From Octopus sinensis (taxonomy: Eukaryota), in contig NC_043015.1 in NCBI RefSeq assembly GCF_006345805.1, forward strand, positions 38,936,001 to 39,000,000: a stretch of 64,000 nucleotides of DNA, given 5' to 3'. The notes beneath the pieces were generated by a model. It saw nothing but the letters and a program-made list of their open reading frames with translations. It did not search any database and was not told the origin of the DNA. Shown one piece after another: positions 1-11,125 of the stretch (the first letter of the stretch is position 1; each line of letters opens with the position of its first letter). Both the position numbers and the translations under genes were made by a program.

Positions 1-160
1 GGCAACTCATTGCACTCCTTGAAACAATCAAGCATATCCATACACACACACGCATGCGTGTGTGTAAGTATATGTGTATATACATATGTGTGTGAGAGAG
101 AGAGAGAGTGTGTGTGTATGTGTGTGTGAGAAAGAGTGTGTGTGTGTGTGTGCATATATA

Positions 161-206
<46 letters not shown>

Positions 207-744
207 ATATATATATGAACATTTGTGTCTATATATATATTTATCTTTGTGTGTATATAAGTGTATATATATATATATATATATAAACATATACACACGC
301 CCACATATATGTCTATGTATACATTTGATAATATCCAACACATGTATAAATATATATATATTTACATGACACAAGCACATCCACGTATATATATATATAT
401 ATACGCATTTACACATACACACACCTATACATATGTCCACACACACACAAAGCATTAAGTGGACATCGTTTGCGACTCTTCATTTCTGTTTCTCCGTTGT
501 GTCTTGGATTCCCCACGTCTCCACGTCGGTCTGGCGACAGTTCTTGGGAGTTCTTAACGTAGCGTTAATTCATTACAAATCATTCTTTCGACCGCATACA
601 CCAATCCATACACACATATGAATATCTACATACACACTTACACGTACCTGCTCATTGATACACGCACCCACCTTTCCCAATATAGATATATATGTTGATA
701 TACACAAACACACAGCTCCACGGATACATACAGGTATGAGATTA

Positions 745-821
<77 letters not shown>

Positions 822-1178
822 CCAATGCACACACTTATTCAGACAGACATAGACATACACTCGTATATATATCCACACACATACACACCTATATTTATAC
901 ATATACACACATGCATGTATAAATATCTACACACACACACACCTACATACAGCTCCATGGACACATACAGGTGTGAGCTATACCCTCATACGCTAATCCA
1001 CTTATATACACATACATACATCTATCTGCATATGTGCACATGCAGAGAGCCATACGTGCAGAGAGTTATAGATCTGTCCTCACATATAATGAATGCACAA
1101 GTACATACATATATACACACATATATACATACATATATACACACATATATACACACATATATACATACATATACACAC
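1..1178. repeat. Compound (TA)/(CA)/(TACA) microsatellite region, representative of dozens in the window (e.g. 12822-13826, 41070-41850, 47810-48540, 53787-54220, 58215-58800)
   Basis: Direct inspection. Confidence 0.95.
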
Positions 1179-1324
1179 AATTTAAAGACTAAACTATTTT
1201 AGAGGGTTCTGAAAATTAAACACAGTACATATAGTTAAAAGTTACACCAGTTTATGTAAATATGAAGAAAGATTAAGCTTGCTGACTATAGTCACAATAA
1301 TTAATTAACTGTCCGTATTCTATC

Positions 1325-2726
1325 GTAAAAGTGTGTACCTGAGTCTCTGGTTTCATCTTATTATCCTTTCGGAGCATCTGTTGATTAAGTTCTGTTCACT
1401 CAATAAAATGCACAGGGGTTTCTCCGAGCATAGATCGCAATTTCTAGAGAAATTATTACAAGGGTGCGTAGTCTATATTACGGACCAAGTAATACTCTAT
1501 TTTATTCCATCTTCTATTAGTCTCTATATTAGATCCGCTAGTGAGGTAGAATGCCTCTTATCAATTCTACAGACAGTGGCAACATGGCTACCTTTTCAAT
1601 TTTTGAAAAAATCGCAGATGCTCCTATATGCACACATATGCACCTTCTCTTGTACCCACTGACAGTGCTTTTGTATATTATGCTACGACACATACAGTGG
1701 TTCTGTAAAGGACATGTACTTTTGTCCCTGCATATGCAATTATTTTTTAGTACTCTATATTTACTTTTACGTAATTCTTTTTTCTTCTATTCTTAGCGTT
1801 TCTTCCATCATTTTTCTTTCTTATATTATGTGGATCTAATTGGCTTTCGCTGTGTTCATTGCTGCTTTAATGAGTATTATGAGCATTCGAATTTTCACCA
1901 GATTTGCTGTCGGCAGAATTTTCTCTGTATTTGCTTATACTATTAATTTCATTGTAATTATTTGAAACAGTTTGACTTTTTCCTCTTTATTATCACAGCC
2001 CTTTGTAGATAAATTATTCTTTATTGTTCCCTCTCTTACTGTATTATTTAACATCCAGTTCAATTCCTTATAATTAATTTTATGTGAATAATATTCTTGG
2101 TTATAACAATTTGCGTATGATACCTTCACCGTGTGATGTTAAAAATCTTGTGATATCAACTGGATTTTGGAAAACATTTATCCTATACCGTAAAGAATTC
2201 CTTAGCAACCTTAAATGATATTTGTAACACGTTGATAGGATTGTTCTATAGAACATTAGATTTATTTTTTGCTCGGTCTATTGTTGCTAATATGCGGTGT
2301 GGAAGTGTCTCTATTTAATGGTTATACTTAAAACCCATCTTTTAGTATTCCTTATTCTCAGTTCCTATTTTAGTACATTTATTTCTTATTCGTAGTTTAT
2401 TCTGACCGTCTCCCTCGATTCTTTGGTTACATTTTGCGTCCTTATGTTGGAGTTTAGTTTCCTTAGCATCGTAGCTCCTAGAATTAGCCATATCACTATC
2501 GTACATATATTCTTTTATTTGTTTCAGTCATTTGACTGAGGCCATGCTAGAGTACCACCTTTAGTCGAACAAATCGACCCTAGGACTTATTCTTTGTAAG
2601 CCTAATACCTATCGGTCTTTTTTGCCGAACCGCTAAGTTACGGGGACGTAAACACACCATCATCGGTTGTCAAGCGATGGTTGGGGACAAACACAGACAC
2701 ACTCTCTCTCTCTCTCTCTCTCTCTC

Positions 2727-2758
<32 letters not shown>

Positions 2759-3116
2759 CGAAGGGCTTCTTTCAGTTCCTGTCTACCAAATCCACTCACA
2801 AGGCTTTTGGTCGGCCCGAGGCTGTAGTAGAAGACACTTGCTTAAGGTGCCACACAATGGGACTGAACCCGGAGCCATGTGGTTGTTAAGCAAGCTACTT
2901 ACCACACAACCACTCCTGCGTAATTCTTTTTTTCTGTAAATCTGGTCTTAGCCAATGCGGTATTACAATACTGAGCATGCGCGTTAAAAATTGCTTCATT
3001 CGCTGATAGTCTTGATATTCCATTGGATATGATTTTTCTAGTCCTTTTATTATAGAAAGTGGGTGATGTGACTGTTTATTGATGTACCGTAGTTTCTCAT
3101 TTGACGTGTGGAAGTC
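1325..3116 (-). pseudogene. Decayed Penelope-like element ORF (RT thumb, linker, GIY-YIG endonuclease), interrupted by a SINE
   Basis: Minus-strand translation with stops and frameshifts gives YINKQSHHP..IIKGL..ISRLSANEAIFN..YCNTAL (~3116-2930); KCFPKS..HKIFN..TVKVSYANC (~2200-2100); NCICRDKSTCPLQNHCMCRSIIYKSTV..HIGAS (~1745-1615); and ITWSVI..CDLCSEK..LINR (~1495-1375). These are PLE GIY-YIG signature motifs. Confidence 0.85.
2511..2920 (-). mobile_element. SINE family B (tRNA head, CORE-like CCTTGGGCAAGTG, internal microsatellite)
   Basis: Same as 16228-16650 in reverse complement; inserted into the PLE fossil. Confidence 0.85.
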
Positions 3117-3461
3117 AAATATATATCTTTTTGTAGTTTCTTTTCATATATCTTTTATAAAAGAAAGATTAATGCTAGACTATAAGTTGTTGCAAGCTTG
3201 AGAAATGGTAAGAATAACTTTGATGGCAATTTACAGGAAGTTGCAGGATCTTTGTTGCCATCGCTAAATACTTGAATGATGACCAGGAAAAACGTTACAA
3301 CGTTACAGAACCAAGAATAATAGCAATTAGTTCTTGAGAATTGTGAAGATCTGAACAGACGGCTCCACAGCTTGATAAATAAATTATGTTGATTGTACAT
3401 TTCCTTACTAAACGTTCTTTTAATATTTCATCTCAAGAAAGTACTTCACTTGTAAATTGCG

Positions 3462-3498
<37 letters not shown>

Positions 3499-3947
3499 CA
3501 CACACACACACACGCACGCACACACACACACACACACACACGCACGCACGATAGTGTTAAACTGTGCAACATGTTATACCTACCACAGTTGTACAGTGTG
3601 TTTAAATGCTTAAAGTTGTTTGGTTTGTGAAAGAATTGTGGCATGAAAAATTGATAGTTTTTGAATGCAAAGGAGAAGACTTTTAGAGATGTTTATAAAA
3701 AGGTGGTGGTGTTACCACTACTATTACTACTACTGCTACTACTACTGCTACTACGTCTACTACTAATAATAATAATCCTTTCTACTATAGGTAGAAGGCC
3801 TGAAATTTTGGGGGAGGGGGCCAGTCGATTAGATCAAACCCAGTACGCAACTGGTACTTAATTTATTGAACCCGAAAGGATGAAAGGTAAAGTCGACCCA
3901 GGCGGAATTTGAACTCATAATAATAATAATTATTATTATTATTGTTA

Positions 3948-3988
<41 letters not shown>

Positions 3989-4446
3989 GAGTCAATGTGT
4001 CGCCATTGTGCGGGCTATTCTACGAGCGAGAAGAAACAGTAGCTCACACAGTAAGTAAATGGCTAAAAGTGTCGATCCTTTGTCATCGCCTGGAATGCAT
4101 GTGTGCATATGTTGCGGTCTGAACGCAAAGAACCGGAGGAGATACTGCGATGCCCCTTTCTTGAGGTCCTTTAGCAGTCCCTTTCCAATCCACCGTCTCG
4201 GTTTAGTACTTACTTTCACCATCCGCGAAAACTGAATTCGATTTTGGTTCCAACTGAATACAACCCGGCGGAACAAATGCCGCCAACCATTCTCCTCAAT
4301 AGCTCCAAAGATTCGATCACGTCGCCGCCATAGACGCGGCTTCTTGCGCACATACATAGCACGAGTAATAGGGTACATCTAGGATTTCAAACCAAAATGA
4401 TGCCTGGCCGCTAGAACTATGTAGGTAGACTAATATATATATATAT

Positions 4447-4833
4447 ATATTGTTGTATTTCGGGATGGTCATTTTTTTGCCAAATAAACACACGCACTAT
4501 ATATTCGTTCTTCTCTGTTCGTATTCTAACTCATGTCGATTTTCCAGAAATCTTTCGTCACACATCTGTGACCTCTTCAGCGATACTTTCCGTCTCCGTG
4601 TGTGCTCTTGCTCCACTTATTTCTTGTAATAGAAGAACATAATAAAATAAGTAGAGCAAGAGCACACACGGTGACGGAAGGTGTCGCTGAAGAGGTCACA
4701 GATGTGTGACGAAAGATTTCCGAACAATGGACATGAGTTAGAATAAGAACAGTAATAAATGAGTGAGGAACGAATATACAGTGCGTGTGTTTATTTGGCG
4801 AAAAAAAATGACCGTCCCGAAATATCACAATAT
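4447..4833. mobile_element. Inverted-repeat element (about 180-bp arms) carrying a hammerhead in each arm; PLE inverted-pLTR-like
   Basis: 4447-4622 is a diverged reverse complement of 4645-4833. It abuts (TA)n. Confidence 0.8.
4684..4723 (+). ncRNA. Minimal type-I hammerhead ribozyme motif (mirror copy on - strand at 4544-4583)
   Basis: tcg CTGAAGA g gtcaca-gatg-tgtgac GAAA gatt TC cga. Confidence 0.7.
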
Positions 4834-4960
4834 CCGTTTCAACACACGGTTTCACATCAGGAACCTTGCAACACAAATTCGTAAAGTATGTATTCTTAGT
4901 TAATTAAAGCTTGTGGGTACACCTGGTAGTGTGCCGAATATAGCACGTTCACTTTCGAAA

Positions 4961-5068
4961 AGTCACCTGTAGGGACACATCTGCATCGAAGGATGCACTA
5001 CAACCAATTATGTGGTAACTCACCTGCGCAGTATCGATGCAAGGTGGGTCGAAACGATCGTTGTGATT
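4961..5068 (+). ncRNA. Degenerate hammerhead with long stem II
   Basis: agtcac CTGTAGG gac...gcatcga//tcgatgc...gtc GAAA CGATCG TT gtgatt. Two core substitutions. Confidence 0.5.
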
Positions 5069-5768
5069 AATAATCTTGTAAATTCCATTTCCTGTTTCTC
5101 TCATTTGCTACACACACAGGTGTGTGTGTGTGTTTGTGTATACAGTTACAGATTTTTCTAGTCGGATAGATCTAGAAGTAAAAAGTAACCGAATCATATT
5201 AGCGATGTATTTAACTGAAGCACCCCAATGGAAGGAGGACATCTGATTGGTTATATTAAGTAAACGAGAATTGGTAAATGTCGCTGTGAAAGCAACGAGA
5301 GAGGAGAAGCGGAGACAGCAGGAAGATAGGGGTGTGTGGATGGCAAGAATTTCGGGGGATTAAAATGGACGTTTATTCATCAATGAAGAATAACAATTTA
5401 CACAAGAATTTCGTCTACAGCTTTACAAGTACTTAAAACAAGTTCCACGTTGTTCTATTTCTCACACCTACTTTAACTGAAGTTGAAATGGAGTGTTAAC
5501 CAAAAGAGGCAGATTTCATTACGAAGGTCTCACACAACACACTCCTCCATCAGCTCTCTCTTCCATCAACTGGATTTATTCTCAATCTACACATCAGCTT
5601 TTACAGATTTATTTGAGCCGTACATTTGAGTTAACCCCTTAGCCACCCCGTTTCAACACTCAGCTGCAGTTCACAAAAGTTGTCCGCATACTATTCTTAA
5701 AAAGGAATGAACGACACAACATTCCTTTTACCCTTTCAACTTTATATTTCAATATGTAATTGTGTGTA

Positions 5769-6149
5769 AGGCGGCGAGCTGACAGAAACGTTAGCACGCC
5801 GGGCGAAATGCATAGCCGTATTTCTTCTGCCGCTACGTTCTAAGTTCAAATTCCGCCGAGGTCGACTTTGCCTTTCATCCTCTCGGGGTCGATTAAATAA
5901 GTACCAGTTACGCACTAGGGTCGATATAATTGACTTAATCCGTTTGTCCTCTCTGTGTTTAGCCCCTTGTGTGTAGTAAAGAAATAGGTATTTCGTCTGT
6001 CTTTATGATCTGAGTTCAAATTCCACCGAGGTCGACTTTGCCTTTCATCCTTTCGGGGTCGATAGATTAAGTACCATTTGGATACTGGGGTCGATCTTAT
6101 AGACTGATCCCTCCCCAAAATTTCGAGCCATGTGCCTAGAGTAGAAAAG
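5769..6149 (+). mobile_element. SINE family C, dimeric (Meta/MESC-like central domain)
   Basis: GAGTTCAAATTCC B box plus GTCGACTTTGCCTTTCATCCTTTCGGGGTCGAT..AAGTACCAG, present twice. Many more copies: 3775-3917, 18655-18866, 31093-31435, 35952-36172, 48932-49147, 50255-50425, 55165-55320, 56610-56800, 58958-59160, 59870-60155. Confidence 0.85.
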
Positions 6150-6205
6150 AACATATAAATGTGTGTGTGTTTGTATGTATATATATGTATATATATGTAT
6201 ATATG

Positions 6206-6275
<70 letters not shown>

Positions 6276-6479
6276 ATATATATATATGCGGTTTTCACCG
6301 TTAATACATGGTGTTTGTCAATTTTAACCCACGCTGGTGGAAAGGGGAGAGCAGAAATTCTTCGCTTGCATATTCGAATTTGATAGCACTTTTAGTTCGA
6401 GCAGAATTCTAGAGGTGATTAGAAGCCGAAAGGGTATGCTCCCGACTTTCAGTGTTCCCAAATCCGATTCAAGGAATTC

Positions 6480-6531
6480 TGAGCTGAAGAAAGAAATGTC
6501 GAATTGACTAATCTAGAAACGTACGTTCTCA
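6480..6531 (+). ncRNA. Minimal hammerhead motif
   Basis: tgag CTGAAGA aaga-aat-gtc gaatt gac-taa-tcta GAAA CGTACG TT ctca. Palindromic ACGTACGT stem III; AATAAA follows. Confidence 0.65.
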
Positions 6532-6816
6532 AATAAACTTTGCACTTGATTTTTTAATGTTTTTTCCCCCATACTTTTGTGAGTTGGTTTAGGCAAACAC
6601 TATCTGAGAGAGATCTTCTTTAAGTATTAGAAATAGCTGAAGAAATTTCTTTAGCTGCTATTTCTAATGAGTTCAGTATGTGGCAAAGTAATTTATTTTA
6701 CTAAGCCCTTATATATAATGTAATATTTTGAATTCGCCTATAATGGTCCCTTTACATACTGAATACTTGGTGAAATTGATTAATAATTAATTAATTTTAC
6801 CCTCAATTGTTGAAAT

Positions 6817-6848
<32 letters not shown>

Positions 6849-7576
6849 TATATATCAACTTTTACTCGCGCTCACACGCATATACATACATCATGTGATC
6901 GACCAGACTATAGTCACAATGAGTTTTGCCTCGTAGTTAGGGTGCTGCGCTCACGATCGATAGTTCGCAAGTTCGATTCCTGGATTGAGCGGCGTTACCT
7001 CAGTAACACACGTACAGCGCGCGTTTTTAGTCGCAAAATGACCCTCCCGAGACGCAATACAGGTGCACTCACAGATGCTTCACAGCGAATAGAGAAACCT
7101 TTCCCTGATGTGATATCGCTCAGAGATATCCCACAGAGAAGAGAAACTTCATACAAATTATCGGTTAAGATTCATCACAGGTAAATGTCCTACAAAGTAC
7201 ACACACATACACGCACGCACGCACACACGTGCACACACACATACACACACACAGGTAATGATGATGATACAAATAAAATAAACACGCTTGGGCTTGATAT
7301 ATAAAATATATATACACACATAAACACACATACAGATTATTTTTTTCATTTTTTAATATGTTATTTTATCTAGTTTTAGCTCACGGGCTGTGGCCATGCT
7401 GGGGCACCGCCATTACATAGATAAAGGAATACAAAAAATAGCACAAGAACGCAAAAACATCCTGACAGATGATACAAAAAAGGGACAAGAAAAACAAGGA
7501 CGGGTCATTCGGAGTTTTCTTTCCTCAGTCGAGTTCCAGATTATCTTTGCAATTTCGGCTGGTTTTATATATATAT

Positions 7577-7664
<88 letters not shown>

Positions 7665-7711
7665 CTAGCCCCTACACGCATTTTTTTCTCTCCTTGTTTC
7701 TTTTCTGTGTA

Positions 7712-7749
7712 TCTTTCTGTTGAAGAGCGTAGGCTCGAAACGTAAAAGA
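7712..7749 (+). ncRNA. Variant minimal hammerhead within a 185-bp element (7663-7847) in (TA)n
   Basis: tcttt CTGTTGA a gagc-gtag-gctc GAAA CG TA aaaga. One core change (CUGA to CUGU). Confidence 0.6.
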
Positions 7750-7956
7750 CTTGTTCTATTTCTATTCCTTAGCGCCATACTAATACAATTGTTCGTTTGT
7801 ACTCCACCTGCCTTCGTCTTTTATTTATCTTCGTAAACCTTCCGGTTATATATATATGGAGAGAGAGGGGGAGAGGGGGGAGAGAGAGAAAGAAAGGGGG
7901 AAAGTAAGGGGAGATGATGATGATGCAAATAAGCACGCTCGGGCTTGATGTATTAA

Positions 7957-7994
<38 letters not shown>

Positions 7995-8632
7995 TCCGCA
8001 TGGCTGTGCTGTTGTGTGCAGAGGTTAACTCTGTTAAACGCTTACAGTTAGACATGTGGAACTAGGGACACCTTGTTCAGGATTTAGACCCGGCTTCCAC
8101 ATGTTTCCCTTCCTCCACCACCGCCGCCACCACCGTTACCACATGTTCAATCCTAATAACGAGGAGATTCACCATTGCATGTTGTCAAATCCGTTCAACG
8201 TAATCCACTGTAAACATTGAAGTATTAAATAAACAACGCTGTGGAATTGACAAACAACTGTTGAATGGTTTAATTTAATTAGCTTCAGATAAAATTGCCA
8301 CACACGCACACACACACACACACACGCTTATACACATGCACAGATATTGGCACACACATAAACACCATACAGACCTGCACGCAAACACACACGCACGTAT
8401 CCACGCGTAGATTTCCAGCTATGTTCGTCTATAAATATATATCGCTATATTCTGGCAATCTCTATTTTCCCGTGTACGTATGCATGTAAATTTATACATC
8501 TATATAATTAAATTAAGGATATAAATCCTCGTAAAGGGACGACAGCATCAAAGTTCCCCGGTTTTATCCAGTGTATCAGTAAAATCCGAAGATGTTAGCT
8601 CCACATTGATGGATATGGGTATAGTATCATTT

Positions 8633-9512
8633 ATGTATGAGAAAATATAGACACCATTTTGTTAGAACGAAATACAATTCTGTGGAGGCGCAATGGCCCA
8701 GTGGTTAGGGCAGCGGACTCGCGGTCATAAGATCGCGGTTTCGATTCCCAGACCGGGTGTTGTGAGTGTTTATTGAGCGAAAACACCTAAAAGCTCCACG
8801 AGGCTCCGGCAGCGGGTGGTGGCGATCCCTGCTGTACTCTTTCACCACAACTTTCTCTCGCTCTTACTTCCTGTTTCTGTTGTACCTGTATTTCAAAGGG
8901 CGGCCTTGTCACTTTCTTGTCACTTTTCCGAGAATTACGTTAAGGGTGCACGTGTCTGTGGAGTGCTCAGCCACTTACACGTTAATTTCACGAGCAGGCT
9001 GTTCCGTTGATTCGGATCAACCGGAACCCTCGTCGTCGTAACCGACGGAGTGCTTCCACCAATACAATTCTGTACAGTATCAAACTCAGTCTCACCTACA
9101 ATTGTTTCCGCGCCCAATTAAATCAATTTGAGAAATTAAATTAAATTTCCATAACGAATATCGTTAACTGGGGATTTCAACAGGGGAAGAATTTGATAAA
9201 AAGGAGCTACATTCCGATGTGTTGCGTTTGACCCTTGATAGACTTGATTCAGTCAAAGGTCAAACAACACATCGGAATCGAGCTCCTTTCAATAAAATTT
9301 CGCCCCAGCTCCTTTTTATCAAATTCTTCCCCTTTTGAAATATCCAGTTAATGGTATTCGTTATGGAAATTTAATATAATTTCTCAAATTGATTTAAATG
9401 GGTATGGAAATAATTGTAGGTGAGACTGAGTTTGATATTGAACAGAGTTGTATTATGTTCTAATAAATTGATGTCTATATGTCAATTTCTCCGTTTTCTT
9501 TTTCTCATACAT
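8633..9512. mobile_element. Old foldback/MITE interrupted by a SINE
   Basis: 8633-8683 plus 9074-9235 pair with 9255-9512. A SINE is inserted at 8684-9060. Confidence 0.75.
8684..9060 (+). mobile_element. tRNA-derived SINE family A, full length with 13-bp TSD
   Basis: A box TGGCCCAGTGG, B box GGTTTCGATTCC; TSD AATACAATTCTGT at 8671-8683 and 9061-9073. Confidence 0.9.
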
Positions 9513-9552
<40 letters not shown>

Positions 9553-9713
9553 ATTATATATATGTACACACCATCTAATTGAAACTCTCTTCTTTTAATT
9601 TCTCTATTTTTGTCCCTCCTTGTCTATCTTTTCCTTAGAAGCGCAAACGCTAAACTTACAGTACCGGTTGTCAAGCGATGATGGAGGGAGAAACACACAT
9701 ACACACACACGTA

Positions 9714-9749
<36 letters not shown>

Positions 9750-9753
<4 letters not shown>

Positions 9754-9988
9754 CGTGATCACCGTGACCGACCAGATGTTGCTACACACCGCTGGTCACA
9801 ATGCGCTTCGCATTGTTTTAGCCTTCAAATGACGCCACCCCGCTGGCTAAGCGATCAGGCCAACAGAAGAAAGAGTGAAAGAAAGTTGTGGCGAAAGAGT
9901 ACAGCAGGGATCGCCACCACCTGGGAATCGAAAAAGCGATCCTCCGACCTCGAGTCCGCTGCCCTAACCACTGGGCCATTGTGCTTCC
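9750..9988 (-). mobile_element. SINE family A (alternative 3' tail, internal deletion)
   Basis: Reverse complement of the family A head and of the 37433-37733 tail. Confidence 0.8.
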
Positions 9989-9996
9989 TATATATT

Positions 9997-10028
<32 letters not shown>

Positions 10029-10387
10029 TATACACACTATATATACACGACGAGCTTCTTTCAGTTTCCGCCTACCAAATCCACTCTCAGGCTCTAGTCA
10101 ACCCGAGGCTATAGCAGAAAACACTTACCCAAGCTCTTTGAAATTAGCCATGACTCATTTAGACATCATTTTTTGAAAATTGAAAATTATCAAATTCCTT
10201 ATCGGTGTGAGGAAGAAATTGGCCTAAAATCCAACAGAGAAAAGAATATTGATTCTTAAACACCAAAAATAATCCAGATATTATTAACAACCACAATCAC
10301 AATCGGATCAATGTTGAGGAAAAGTTTCTTAGAAGACAAAAATGCCTGCAACCTAGGTTCTAAACTCTAGATCTATGGTCTAAGCTT

Positions 10388-11125
10388 TAGATCTATAGGA
10401 TCGATTTCAACATATGAATTAGTAAATTCAATAGCTTTATCAAGCAGCGATCTAGATTTTATCAGGCATGCGAGGAAAGCATTTTTGTTCACTAATGGAT
10501 TAGCATGGGTAAAAACATCGCATAGTGATGAAGTATTTGATGTATCTATGGGGTCATATGATAGTGCTGTGATCTTGTGGGTTTACTTATATTAAACACA
10601 TTGAGGTATAGATACCTAGCTAATGACATTGGCCTATACCGTGAAGACGGTTTAGGTATTTCCCATGTGTGTAGTGGTCACAACCTTGGTAGATTTAGGA
10701 AGGAACTATTTCTCAACCTTTAATCAATTAGGACTTAAAATCACAATAACTACTAATCTCTGTATATTCCATCATTTAGATGTTTCCCTAGATTTAAACT
10801 CCTCCTCATGTAAACCTTTCCATAAGCCTAATGAGAAACTCGCATATATCCATAAACAGTCTTGTCACCCTCCTGAAGTATTTTAAAATCTGATAGCTAA
10901 TATTTGTAACAGACTGACTAACATCTCTTCCAAAGAAATTTTCGACAAAGCTGCCCCCTATTATAACAAGGCCCTAGCCAAATAGTGGCTTCGAAGATAA
11001 ATTAACATATAATCCCTCTATTAATCAAAATATTAATAATACGAGTAGATCTAGTGGCATCAACGATAAGGTAGTACTTAACCATCCTAATATTAATGAG
11101 GATAATAAGAAACCAAAAAATAGTC
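10388..11125 (+). pseudogene. Decayed Penelope-like reverse transcriptase fragment
   Basis: IRHARKAFLF..WVK..FDVSMGSYDSA, DIGLYREDGLG (YRDDG variant), LDVSLDL..KPFHKPN..YIHKQSCHPP and IFDKAAPYYNKAL..SGF. Frameshifted. Confidence 0.88.

Noticed and set aside
74-1202. Many ORFs such as [18 protein letters not shown] and MYVCMYVC (here and throughout)
   Set aside because: Translations of di- and tetranucleotide microsatellites, which lack stop codons by construction.
7505-7566. Minus-strand CTGAGGA and ccGAAATTGCA motifs beside (TA)n
   Set aside because: Wrong order and spacing for one hammerhead. Possibly a truncated pLTR, but not supportable.
8271-8281. Isolated P3 sites TAATNNNATTA (8271, 8505, 51087)
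   Set aside because: Expected by chance in very AT-rich DNA; one lies inside a repeat.
8684-8760. tRNA gene
   Set aside because: The A/B boxes belong to a multi-copy SINE head with a TSD; no complete cloverleaf.
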